From: Schaalia odontolytica
GTDB lineage: Bacteria; Actinomycetota; Actinomycetes; Actinomycetales; Actinomycetaceae
Length of the DNA stretch: 32,000 nucleotides
Assembly (NCBI RefSeq): GCF_005696695.1
Contig: NZ_CP040006.1
Coordinates: forward strand, 1,980,001-2,012,000
Direction: 5' to 3'
Position 1 is the stretch's first letter. Each line of letters opens with the position of its first letter. Made by a program: the position numbers and the translations under genes. Positions 22,959 to 31,935 of this stretch are shown one piece after another. The notes beneath the pieces are model-generated. The model was given only the letters and a program-made list of their open reading frames with translations. It was not told the DNA's origin and did no database searches.

Positions 22959-24458
22959 TCAGCCGACGCCGAGGAGGCGCTGGATCGGACCCATCAGGAA
23001 GTAGATGACGAACAGACCGGCGACCAGCCACATGAGCGGGTGCACCTTGGCGGCCTTGCCCTTGACGAGCTGGATGACCGCGTAGGTCACGAAGCCCACA
23101 CCGATGCCGACGGACACGGAGTAACCGAAGGGCATAAAGGCGATCGTCATGAAGGCGGGGATCGCAACTTCCTCGGAATCCCAGTCGATGCCGGTCACCT
23201 GGGTCATCATGAGGAAGCCGACGAACACGAGGGCCGTGGAGGCCGCCTCGGTCGGGACCAGCTCGACGAGGGGCGCCAGGAAGGTCGACAGCAGGAACAG
23301 GATGCCGGTGACCACGGAGGCCAGGCCGGTGCGAGCACCCTCGGCGACACCCGAGGCGGACTCAACGTAAGAGGTGTTCGAGGAGACGCCGCCGACGCCG
23401 CCGGCCACCGCGGCCAGGGAGTCGATGATCAGGATCTGGCGGGTCTTGGGGGGGTTGCCGTCCTTGTCCAGCAGGTTACCCTCCGCGCCGACGGCCACCA
23501 TGGTGCCCATCGTGTCGAAGAAGTCCGCGAGCATGAGCGAGAAGACCAGCAGGATCACGGAGACGACGCCGAGCTTGCCGAAGCCGCCGAACAGATCCAC
23601 CTTGCCGAGCGTGTCGAAGACAGGAACCGCGATCGGGGAACCCTTGAGCTCGGGGACGGTCTGGCCCCAGCCGGTCGGGTTGGTATCGGAGATGCGGTCG
23701 ATGTGGGCGAAGGCCTGAACAATGACTGCGAGGATCGTGGAGGCGATGATCGAGATCAGCACCGCGCCCTTCACCTTGCGCACGTAGAGGATCATCATGA
23801 GGAACAGGCCGAACACGAAGACGAGGGCCGGCCAGCCGTCGAGCGAGCCCGAGATGCCAAACTGGACGGGGGTCGCGCCGGTGCGCACGATGCCCGCGTT
23901 CACGAGGCCGATGAGGGCCACGAAGAGGCCCAGGCCCACCGTGATGGCGGTCTTAAGGGCGGCGGGAACCGCACGGAAAACGGCCTCACGGAAGCCCGTG
24001 AGGACGAGCAGGAAGATGAGGATACCTTCCCAGGCGATGATGCCCATGGCCTCGCCGTAGCTGAGGCCGGCACCGAGGACCAGGGTAAAGGCGACGACCG
24101 CGTTGAGGCCGAGGCCTGCGGCGAGCGCCAGGGGGTAGTTCGCGACAACACCCATGAGGATCGTCATGATGCCCGCGACGAGCGCGGTGCCGGCTGCGAT
24201 GCCCTGGGTCGTGATGGAGCCGTCTTCGGGAACGGCATTACCCAGGATCGCCGGGTTGACGACCAGGATGTATGCCATCGCGAAGAAGGTGACAATTCCA
24301 CCGCGGATTTCGTGACTAATAGTCGAGCCGCGCTTGGAAATCTGGAAGAACGAATCAAGTGACTGTGCGAAGCCGCCGTGGGACGGGGCGGTCTTTTCTT
24401 GTGTGCTCACCGGATAATCGTGCCTGTTCGGCCGCCCGCATGCAAACAAACTCATCAT
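22959..24458 (-). CDS. NCS2-family purine (adenine/guanine/hypoxanthine) permease, AzgA-like
   Basis: LDSFFQISKRGSTISHEIRGGIVTFFAMAYILVVNPAILG is the family N-terminal signature. The start is uncertain: the ATG at 24458 lies only 15 nt from an upstream hairpin, and an in-frame GTG at 24410 is an alternative. Confidence 0.85.
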   Translation of the reverse strand: MMSLFACGRPNRHDYPVSTQEKTAPSHGGFAQSLDSFFQISKRGSTISHEIRGGIVTFFAMAYILVVNPAILGNAVPEDGSITTQGIAAGTALVAGIMTILMGVVANYPLALAAGLGLNAVVAFTLVLGAGLSYGEAMGIIAWEGILIFLLVLTGFREAVFRAVPAALKTAITVGLGLFVALIGLVNAGIVRTGATPVQFGISGSLDGWPALVFVFGLFLMMILYVRKVKGAVLISIIASTILAVIVQAFAHIDRISDTNPTGWGQTVPELKGSPIAVPVFDTLGKVDLFGGFGKLGVVSVILLVFSLMLADFFDTMGTMVAVGAEGNLLDKDGNPPKTRQILIIDSLAAVAGGVGGVSSNTSYVESASGVAEGARTGLASVVTGILFLLSTFLAPLVELVPTEAASTALVFVGFLMMTQVTGIDWDSEEVAIPAFMTIAFMPFGYSVSVGIGVGFVTYAVIQLVKGKAAKVHPLMWLVAGLFVIYFLMGPIQRLLGVG

Positions 24459-24472
24459 TTGCCCACTTGCTG

Positions 24473-24507
24473 AGAAAGCACCCGGGACTCAGTCCCGAGT
24501 GCTTTCT
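24473..24507 (-). terminator. Hairpin after the DUF3027 gene (AGAAAGCAC...GTGCTTTCT with an inner CGGGAC/GTCCCG stem)
   Basis: A two-tier perfect stem lies 25 nt downstream of the stop at 24532. Confidence 0.5.
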
Positions 24508-24531
24508 GTCAGTTTACAGCGGAAGGAAACG

Positions 24532-25386
24532 TCAGCCTTCCTGTTCCTCACCCGTCGGGGCCTCGGCCTGGGCGGATATCACTTCGCCGACCACGGCCTC
24601 GTCCTTCTTCGCCTCGTTCGATGCGCGCGGCATCGGCTCGGCGTCGAGCGCCCCTTCGTTCACTCGCGAGGGACGCACGGGCCACGCGGTGCCGTTCTTG
24701 GGCACGTCGGTCTCCGAGTGAGAGCCGCACGTGTGGTCCAAAGAGACCACGGCACCGTCGTCGGTCGCCCACTCGTTCGCACACACGCCAAACATCGTGC
24801 GCATGTCCCCGCCCATCTTCACGAGGAAGCCACACGTCGAACACGTGTTACGCGGGCGACGCCCGGACTTCGGGCCGCGTTCCGACTCGTACCAGCGCTT
24901 CGCGGCCTGGCTGTGCCCTTCCGGCGAGAGGACGCGCACCCTCCCTAAGCCGAGCTCTCGCACGACCGGCAGGTCCGGGTCCACGCTCGTATCCTCGAAG
25001 CTCTGCACGAGACGCTCATCGTCCGCCTTGTACGGCAGGACGTCGTCGCGAGAAATATCCGAGGGACGCAGGCGATCCTCCCACGGAACCCACTCGGGGG
25101 CCAGAAGCGCACCCTCACCAGGGGTCATATCGACTTCACACACGGTGGCGACGCGTCCGCGCGGCACGCGGGCGATGGTCACGGCCCAGCACCAGCCCAC
25201 GTAACCCGCGTCAGTCGACGCGAAATAGTGGGTAGCCAGGCGCTCCGACACCATCTCGAATCCGACGTGCTCGCCGACGGGACGCGGGTGCGCGACGGCC
25301 TCGGCACCGGCGCGCGCGACGTCGACGGCGGCCTCGAGGACGGCGTCCTTCTTCACTGCCCGCAGGCGGGCATTAGTCTTAGGCAT
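24532..25386 (-). CDS. DUF3027-family protein
   Basis: It has a conserved Cys cluster, CSTCGFLVKMGGDMRTMFGVCANEWATDDGAVVSLDHTCGSHSE, and sits downstream of a cold-shock gene, as is usual in actinobacteria. The ATG at 25384-25386 overlaps the csp stop by 8 nt (ATGCCTAA). Confidence 0.78.
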   Translation of the reverse strand: MPKTNARLRAVKKDAVLEAAVDVARAGAEAVAHPRPVGEHVGFEMVSERLATHYFASTDAGYVGWCWAVTIARVPRGRVATVCEVDMTPGEGALLAPEWVPWEDRLRPSDISRDDVLPYKADDERLVQSFEDTSVDPDLPVVRELGLGRVRVLSPEGHSQAAKRWYESERGPKSGRRPRNTCSTCGFLVKMGGDMRTMFGVCANEWATDDGAVVSLDHTCGSHSETDVPKNGTAWPVRPSRVNEGALDAEPMPRASNEAKKDEAVVGEVISAQAEAPTGEEQEG

Positions 25387-25756
25387 CAAATTCCTCTGCG
25401 ACGGCGCGCAGCACCTTCGCGATCTTGGTTGCGTTGTCCGGGTAGGAACCGCGGCGCAGCGCGGCGCTCGAGGAGTCGAGGAGCTTAATCAGATCCTCGA
25501 CGACGGGCACCATCGCCTGCGGCTTGCGGCGCTTGGCTCGGGCAACGGAAGCTGTCTCCTTCAGGAAACGCACGCTCAGAGCCTGCGGTCCCTTTCGTCC
25601 GTCGGCCACCGAATACTCCACGCGAGCACCCACTCGCGGGTTAGCGTGGTCGGCCGGCAGCGCGGACGAGTGGAGGAAGACATCAGCGCCGTCATCTCCC
25701 GCAATGAAGCCAAAACCGCGTTCTGCGTCGAAGAACCTCACTTTACCGGTGGGCAT
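25379..25756 (-). CDS. Cold-shock-domain protein with a C-terminal extension
   Basis: MPTGKVRFFDAERGFGFIAGDDGADVFLHSSAL carries the RNP1/RNP2-like motifs. At 125 aa it resembles the long CspB type of mycobacteria. Confidence 0.9.
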   Translation of the reverse strand: MPTGKVRFFDAERGFGFIAGDDGADVFLHSSALPADHANPRVGARVEYSVADGRKGPQALSVRFLKETASVARAKRRKPQAMVPVVEDLIKLLDSSSAALRRGSYPDNATKIAKVLRAVAEEFDA

Positions 25757-26007
25757 GGTCCCCTCCTTCTCTCAATAGATAGTCTGAAAGCCCCTATGGG
25801 CTCTCCCTATCATAGGGCCCTCTTCCTCCGCGCGCGGGAAAGCGGCCGACGCCTGTAGCGAACAGCACCGCTACCCCCATTCCGTCTGAGCTTTCGCGTA
25901 GACTGACCCCACGGAAACAACCACCGATGCCGCGGTGCGTCACACGCTAGACGCGCACGGCACACATGGTGTATGTTGACCTGTTCGCCACATCGCAGGA
26001 GGACCCC

Positions 26008-28062
26008 GTGACACGAATCCGCCGTTTCAGCCTCATCGCTGTTCTCACAGCGATACTGCTTGCGCTGGGCCTTCCCGCGCTCGCAGCGTCGCCCATGTCC
26101 ATCAGTGATTCGGTCACCGATCCCGACGGCTGGCTTGCCAGCGCAGACCGTTCCACGATCGAGTCCGCGACCAGCAGGGCCGCGTCCTCCGGCAAACCCG
26201 TCAAGGTCGTCCTCGTCGCTAACTTCTCGGGTACGGACGCAGCGTCCTGGTGCAAGCAGACCGCCGAGCGCTCCTCCCTGGCCAACGGCACCGTCGTCTA
26301 CGTCATCGCATACTCGCAGCGCCGCGACGCAGCCTGCTCCTACAACGGGCCATCCGGCACCTCCCTTCAGAACGCCGTGCGCGCATCCGAGGCCCAGTTG
26401 ACGCCCAATCCGCTGACATCTTCCGCCGTCGCCAACGGAGTCGACGCATTCGTTAATACCTACGTAAACAGCTCCTACAACTCCAGTTCCACGGGCTCGA
26501 GCTCCACGAGCTCAAGCCCGTCGCGCAGCTCCAGCTCGTCCTCCGACGACACGAGCTCGCTTTTCGGCATGTTCGTCATGTTCCTGCTGCTCGTGGGCGG
26601 CGTGATTGCCGTCGCCATCGGAGTTGCGCGCTCGTCGCGTCGCAACAGGGTCGCCGCCCTGCAGGCCGCACAGGTCGACGCCGAGAGCGCGGCGCGTGCC
26701 GCTCAGGAAGCGAATCGACAGCTCCTGTCCGCGGACGAGCAGGTACGCACCGCGACGGACGAGCTCAACTACGCGCGCGCACAATTCGGCCTGAGCTCCA
26801 CGGACGAATTCGCCCGAGCGATCGAAGCCGGTAAGGCAGCGGTCTCGCGCGGCTTCAGCGCCCAGGGGCAGATGAACTCTGCAACCCTGCCGGCCGAGCA
26901 GCTCCGCCTGGCCACCGCAATCATGCAGGATCTGGGCGCCAACATGAACCCGCTCAGCGCCATCCAGGCGTCGTTCGCCACCAAGCGCGCCGAGCAGGCC
27001 TCGCTCCCCGAGCGAATCGCCGAGGCCCGCGAGCGCCTCGCGGAAGAGCTGGCGGATCTCGAACGCGCGAAGTCCGAGCTGGCCAGCATTTCGGCGCTCT
27101 ACCCTGCGCAGATGCTCGCATCCCTCCAGGACAACCCGGACCAGGCCTCGGCCCTGCTCACCTCGGCACGCACCGCCATCGACACCGCAGAAGCATCCGC
27201 ATCCACCGATCGCGCGCACGCCGCGAGCGCCCTCGACACGGCCCTGCGCGCCCTGACGATGGCCAACCACCAGACCGACGCGATCTTCTCGGCGAAGTCC
27301 GACCTTGACGCGATCCGCGATCGCCTCGTCGCGGCGATCAGCTCGATCTCCTCGGACATCACCGACGTCAACGAACTGCACACGGATCCGGCGGTCTTCA
27401 ACCCGCTGGTGGCCGACGCTCACGCGGCCATCGCCGAGGCCCAGGCGGCCCTGGCAAACACGGGCGATCCGCTCGCGGCCCTCGAGCACCTGCGCATGTC
27501 CGAGGCAACCCTGGATGCCGCGCTCGAACCGCTGCGCACCAAGGAGGAGGCCTACGAGAAGGCATACACCGCTGCCGAGGCTCAGATTTCGTTGGCCGAG
27601 TCCGCCGTCGCCCAGGCCCAGCGCTACGTGCAGGGCCGACGCGGAGCCATCGACCTTGAGCTGCGTTCGACCCTGAACAACGCTGAGAGCGCCCTGAGCA
27701 CCGCTCAGCGCTCACTCGAGGACGATCCCGAGGCCGCGTCGACACACGCGATGAACGCACGCGCCCTCGCGGACAGCGTCATGGCGACCCCCATCCAGAA
27801 CTTCGGCGGGTCGTGGGGGCAGCCCACCACGGGCAACGGGTCCTACACGGGCTCGTCCCTGGGTGACTTCCTCCTGTGGTCGACGCTGTTCTCGAATTCC
27901 GGTTCGCACCACCGAGACGACTTCGATCCCTTCCACAGCGGCTCCAGCTCGTCCGGATCCGGCTGGTCCTTCGCTTCCGGCGGCGGCTCCGACTGGGGCT
28001 CGAGCTCGAGCAGCTCCGACTGGGGTTCGGGCGGCTGGTCCTCCGCTTCCGGTAGCTTCTGA
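26008..28062 (+). CDS. TPM-domain membrane protein with a long cytoplasmic coiled-coil region and a Gly/Ser/Trp-rich tail (paralogue 1)
   Basis: The GTG at 26008 lies 4 nt after AGGAGGA. It has a signal/anchor, an extracytoplasmic TPM-like segment (VTDPDGWL...KVVLVANFSG...VVYVIAYSQRR), a Ser-rich linker and a TM segment (LFGMFVMFLLLVGGVIAVAIGV). About 400 aa of helical repeats follow, ending in a GSGWSFASGGGSDWGSSSS tail. Confidence 0.78.
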   Translation: MTRIRRFSLIAVLTAILLALGLPALAASPMSISDSVTDPDGWLASADRSTIESATSRAASSGKPVKVVLVANFSGTDAASWCKQTAERSSLANGTVVYVIAYSQRRDAACSYNGPSGTSLQNAVRASEAQLTPNPLTSSAVANGVDAFVNTYVNSSYNSSSTGSSSTSSSPSRSSSSSSDDTSSLFGMFVMFLLLVGGVIAVAIGVARSSRRNRVAALQAAQVDAESAARAAQEANRQLLSADEQVRTATDELNYARAQFGLSSTDEFARAIEAGKAAVSRGFSAQGQMNSATLPAEQLRLATAIMQDLGANMNPLSAIQASFATKRAEQASLPERIAEARERLAEELADLERAKSELASISALYPAQMLASLQDNPDQASALLTSARTAIDTAEASASTDRAHAASALDTALRALTMANHQTDAIFSAKSDLDAIRDRLVAAISSISSDITDVNELHTDPAVFNPLVADAHAAIAEAQAALANTGDPLAALEHLRMSEATLDAALEPLRTKEEAYEKAYTAAEAQISLAESAVAQAQRYVQGRRGAIDLELRSTLNNAESALSTAQRSLEDDPEAASTHAMNARALADSVMATPIQNFGGSWGQPTTGNGSYTGSSLGDFLLWSTLFSNSGSHHRDDFDPFHSGSSSSGSGWSFASGGGSDWGSSSSSSDWGSGGWSSASGSF

Positions 28063-28073
28063 GTGTTGCCCAC

Positions 28074-28113
28074 CCGTGAGGCCCGCACATTCCTTTGTGT
28101 GTGGGCCTCACGG
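28074..28113 (+). terminator. Hairpin after TPM paralogue 1
   Basis: CCGTGAGGCCC (28074-28084) / GGGCCTCACGG (28103-28113) with an 18-nt loop. Confidence 0.45.
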
Positions 28114-28277
28114 CATCCTTGTGGCCTCGGGAAACGTAAGCTAGTCCCTCACAGCTCCTCATATTTCCTCGTAAACTAAGAACGATCGCGAACCGGCGCC
28201 GCACCAAACAGCGTGTTGTCAGCGCGATCGAGCCGCACAGCAGAGCTTTATCGCTTCACCGACGAGCAGGAGACACC

Positions 28278-29831
28278 GTGTCACGGATCCAACGCCTGGT
28301 TGTCGCAGCCATCATGATGGTTGCGATGCTGATTAGCGGTGCACCAGCGTTCGCGACCGAGCCGCTCACCACATCAACCTCTATTACCGACCCTGAAGGG
28401 TGGCTCGACAAAGAAAACCGGGCGCGCATCGACGATTACATCCACCGTGCTGAAGTACAGGGCTTCGAGGTACGCGTCGCCATCGTACCCAACTTTTCTA
28501 ATGTCAACCCTCCTGATTGGTGTTCGCGGAGCTTAGCTAATTCCGCTGACTCGGTGAGTGACATCCTCTACGTCGTTGCTTACGAGGAGAGAAGTGATAT
28601 CTACTGCACCCGTGGCAACCCAACCCAGAAATATCTACTCACGATCGCTCATAAGGCGGCACAGCGCGCATTCAAAACCGATCCCCTAACGCCCGAGGAC
28701 GCAGCAGAAGCAGCAGTATCTTTCATCTCAAGCCTCCAAAACATGGGATACGGGGAATACGCCCACCGCGCCGAACTCAACACAGCCTCCCAGAAGAGCG
28801 CGTCCTCGGAGACTGCAGCCTCTGACGATTACGAATCTGTAGTTTCTATCGTAATTCTTCTTATTCTCACGGGTGCCACAACAGTGTGGGGACTATCGAG
28901 ACGACGTGCACAACTCGAGAAGGCGGATGATACATCCGAGGTGAACCCCCCTCTCCACACCCCTGTGAGGCGCGAGGCCCTGAGGGCCGCAGCGGAAGCA
29001 CACCGGCGCTTGTTGGAGGCCGAGGAACAGGTGCGCGCCGCGGAGGAGGACTGGAACTTCGCTCGCGCCCAGTTCGGTAGTGCTGCGGCTGAGGAGTACG
29101 GACGTCGCCTCGAGGCAGCGAAGGAAGCTATTGCGCGCGGCTTCGACACCCACAAACAGATCGAGCAGACCCCTGATTCTCACACCAAGCAACGCCTCGC
29201 CACAACGATCACGGAGGATCTCGACAAGAACCTTCCGCCCCTGCAGGATGCTCGCAAGGAGTTTGAGGCACAACGCGAGAAGCGGTCATCGCTTCCCAAG
29301 CAGCTCGCCGATGCTCGCGAACGCCTCGTCGAGGAGCTCGCCGATCTGGAGCGCTCGAAGGAAGAACTCTTCAGTATCGCAGGCCTCTATCCTGAGTCCA
29401 TGCTCGCTTCGCTCCAGGACAATCCGCAGCGCGCGGCACAACTGCTGGAGTCCGCTCAAACTGCACTGGAGACCACGAGCGCACATCTCGACACCGATCC
29501 CACCCGCGCAGCCTCCGCGCTGGATACCGCCCAGCGTGCACTGACCATGGCCAATGCGCAGACAGGTGCGATCTTCTCTGCGAAGACCGATCTTGACGCA
29601 TTCCACGAGAGGCTCACCGCTTCCATCGGTTCCGTTTCTACCGCTGTGTCGGACGTGAAGCGGCTCGATTCCTCCAACGCCTTCTCTCCCCTTCTGGACG
29701 AGGCCGACGCCGCCATCGCCAGGGGACAGCGTGCGCTGGTCAGCGACGAGGACCCCCTCGGCGCGCTCGAGAACCTTCGCGACATGGAGCTCCGAATGGA
29801 AGCGATCCTCACTACTCTCACGACTCAGTAA
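28278..29831 (+). CDS. TPM-domain membrane protein with a coiled-coil region (paralogue 2, 3'-truncated relative to paralogue 1)
   Basis: The GTG at 28278 follows AGGAGA. It has the same architecture as paralogue 1 and long collinear identity blocks (SLP...ARERL.EELADLER.K.EL.SI..LYP..MLASLQDNP, ASALDTA.RALTMAN.QT.AIFSAK.DLDA). It stops about 170 codons short of paralogue 1. Confidence 0.75.
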   Translation: MSRIQRLVVAAIMMVAMLISGAPAFATEPLTTSTSITDPEGWLDKENRARIDDYIHRAEVQGFEVRVAIVPNFSNVNPPDWCSRSLANSADSVSDILYVVAYEERSDIYCTRGNPTQKYLLTIAHKAAQRAFKTDPLTPEDAAEAAVSFISSLQNMGYGEYAHRAELNTASQKSASSETAASDDYESVVSIVILLILTGATTVWGLSRRRAQLEKADDTSEVNPPLHTPVRREALRAAAEAHRRLLEAEEQVRAAEEDWNFARAQFGSAAAEEYGRRLEAAKEAIARGFDTHKQIEQTPDSHTKQRLATTITEDLDKNLPPLQDARKEFEAQREKRSSLPKQLADARERLVEELADLERSKEELFSIAGLYPESMLASLQDNPQRAAQLLESAQTALETTSAHLDTDPTRAASALDTAQRALTMANAQTGAIFSAKTDLDAFHERLTASIGSVSTAVSDVKRLDSSNAFSPLLDEADAAIARGQRALVSDEDPLGALENLRDMELRMEAILTTLTTQ

Positions 29832-30013
29832 CAGGCAACGCGCAAGATACCGCACAGCGCCACATTCGCAACGCCGATGCTGCCCTCACCTAGGCTTTAA
29901 CCTACCTAAAGGACCACAAGGGTTCGGCCCTGTTCGACGTGAACAGGCTGATGAGCGAAGCCAACCAGACAATGACCGAAGCGCACGCAGCCCTCGACGA
30001 AGATCCCCTCGAT
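29832..30013 (+). pseudogene. Out-of-frame, stop-containing remnant of the 3' part of TPM paralogue 2
   Basis: The -1 frame reads TGNAQDTAQRHIRNADAALT*ALTYLKDHKGSALFDVNRLMSEANQTMTEAHAALDEDP. The segment from Y to DP is 35 residues and aligns without gaps to RYVQGRRGAIDLELRSTLNNAESALSTAQRSLEDDP of paralogue 1. There is a TAG at 29891-29893. Confidence 0.6.
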
Positions 30014-30210
30014 GAATTTGTAAGAACCTTTCGCATTGAAAACAAACAGGATGTTAAAACTCAGCTGATTTCAGGGAATTACTTTTAGGTACTTTCAATG
30101 TCAGGATTTTAAAATGGGGTAAAAGCGAGACAATAACGAATGACTCCCATTTGGTTCGAAAATCTACAATACCTAAGGAAGTTGATAGACGAATAATGGG
30201 CAAATTTAGT

Positions 30211-31356
30211 TTAGAAGAACCACCAGTAAGGCACGGAATACCGTTTAGTACGCGCAACCCAGAAAGAAATAAAATGACTAGCTATAGCTAGAGTAAAAAC
30301 GGTTGCAACACTCAACACTGTTATAGGATTAGAGGCGAAAAGCAAAGAGAGAATCAAGGCAGCCAGATAGAGTGTCGCTTGAGCACAGTAGTAACTTCTC
30401 GAATAGCGAAGATAGTTTTTGTTATAGGGCCCATTTGCTAGGACAGCAGCTTGGAAGAGGCCAATCCCGATATAAAAGAGGCTGATTGCAACGAGAAGAT
30501 TAGCATCAGGATTCAGAAGAAAACCCATCGAAACTGTCATCAACATAAGCCCGATGAAAATAGGATAGTGACTATAAATTATAAATAATCCCTTTTGATT
30601 GGATCCTTGATCAATAGCATGGTCAAATTCGCCAAAATAAAACAAGAACAGGGAAAGCATGATAACGAAATTAAGAACCGAATAAATCGAGAAATTCTCA
30701 ACTGTAAAGAAGCTAACTAGCCCAATAACCATCTCTCCAAACGTAATAATGACAAGAAGGGAGACGCGCTCGATTAAATGGGGAAGATTTACCTGGAAAT
30801 GCTCATCTTTAGTAATCAAGAAAATTGGCACAATAAATGTTAGCAGAATACTAGCAATAAAGATATAGACTCCAACGTAAATAGGAAAAAGAGCTGCCAG
30901 ATAGACTCCTAAGCTTTGCAGACCTGTTAACCATAGAAAACCTTTGATACTTTCCCGATCAGCATTATCGGTTGATCCTCTAAAAAACTGAACCAAATAT
31001 TGAAAAAATAAGGTAAGGGTTAATGTGCCAACAGCCCAACAGGTATGATAGTACCATTGTTGCCAATTGTATCCAATCATATTGGATATAAAGAGCATAA
31101 GTCCCATGTTGACAAACATGATCACCATGTTAAATAACGAGTTCGTTCCATAGCGATTGGTATAAATGGTTTGAATCATCCAGGAATTGATGATAACCAT
31201 GACAGAGATGAAGAAATCAAGTAAAGAATCCCAAGCCAAAACACCGCTATGAAGAGGGTGAATTAAAGCAGTTGCTTTTGAAATTGCAAAAACAAACACT
31301 AGGTCATAAAATAGTTCTGAAAATTCTACACGTTTATGCTTAATAAGAGTTGCCAT
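30211..31356 (-). CDS. ltrA: Low-temperature-requirement protein A (LtrA) family integral membrane protein
   Basis: The N-terminal signature is EFSELFYDLVFVFAISKA, followed by about 10 hydrophobic segments. The ORF is intact at 381 aa, and its AT-rich codon usage is consistent with the surrounding block. Confidence 0.8.
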   Translation of the reverse strand: MATLIKHKRVEFSELFYDLVFVFAISKATALIHPLHSGVLAWDSLLDFFISVMVIINSWMIQTIYTNRYGTNSLFNMVIMFVNMGLMLFISNMIGYNWQQWYYHTCWAVGTLTLTLFFQYLVQFFRGSTDNADRESIKGFLWLTGLQSLGVYLAALFPIYVGVYIFIASILLTFIVPIFLITKDEHFQVNLPHLIERVSLLVIITFGEMVIGLVSFFTVENFSIYSVLNFVIMLSLFLFYFGEFDHAIDQGSNQKGLFIIYSHYPIFIGLMLMTVSMGFLLNPDANLLVAISLFYIGIGLFQAAVLANGPYNKNYLRYSRSYYCAQATLYLAALILSLLFASNPITVLSVATVFTLAIASHFISFWVARTKRYSVPYWWFF

Positions 31357-31570
31357 CTTAAGACCTTTCTGTTGTATAGGTGCAAGTTATCACAACATAC
31401 ACTATAGAGCATAGTGCAACAAATGAACTCATAGCGCTTCGATAGAAAAGTGAGATTATCCCCACTTACTATTAAATCTAATAGCTCCTCGTTTTCAATC
31501 AAGAGCTCTAATGGAGATTTTTTCTCGCTACAATAAAACCGGGTTCATTTTGGTTATGAAATGTCCTTTT

Positions 31571-31935
31571 CTAAGCAGTTGAATCAACATACAACTCTCT
31601 TCCGTGTTCTGTGTATAGCTGATTGCCTCTTGGTCGGTTAAGTAAATCCTCTAAGTGTTGCCCATCCACATGTGGGAAATGCTCGATAGATTTGACAGCT
31701 TTTAAGATTTCACCTATTTGATCAGAGCATTTATTAGATTCAAGAACACGCTTTTCTAACTCAATCTCTTTACTAATTCCAAATAGTTAGGTTGGAGTTG
31801 CATTGAAACATTCCGCTATATTATCCATGATTTATAAAGGTAGGATAGCCATTTTGTATTTCGTAATCAGAGATGGACTATTTACTGATTCCTACACCGT
31901 CCATCTGAAAGACCTCAACATTCCCAGTACCATCT
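31571..31935 (-). pseudogene. Decayed XRE-family helix-turn-helix regulator
   Basis: The minus-strand translation reads ...VFQMDGVGISK*SISDYEIQNGYPTF(frameshift)IMDNIAECFNATPT*LFGISKEIELEKRVLE...YVDSTA*. This is the G-ISK-S-IS-YE-G--P...IA--F-V-P--LF pattern of Cro/CI-type HTH proteins, interrupted by two stops and one frameshift. No ORF of 60 aa or more exists here. Confidence 0.45.

Noticed and set aside
30054-30257. The 67-aa minus-strand ORF downstream of, and overlapping, the ltrA 3' end.
   Set aside because: It overlaps ltrA by 47 nt in another frame, and no RBS or family signature is seen. In AT-rich DNA such short ORFs still need support, and none is visible.
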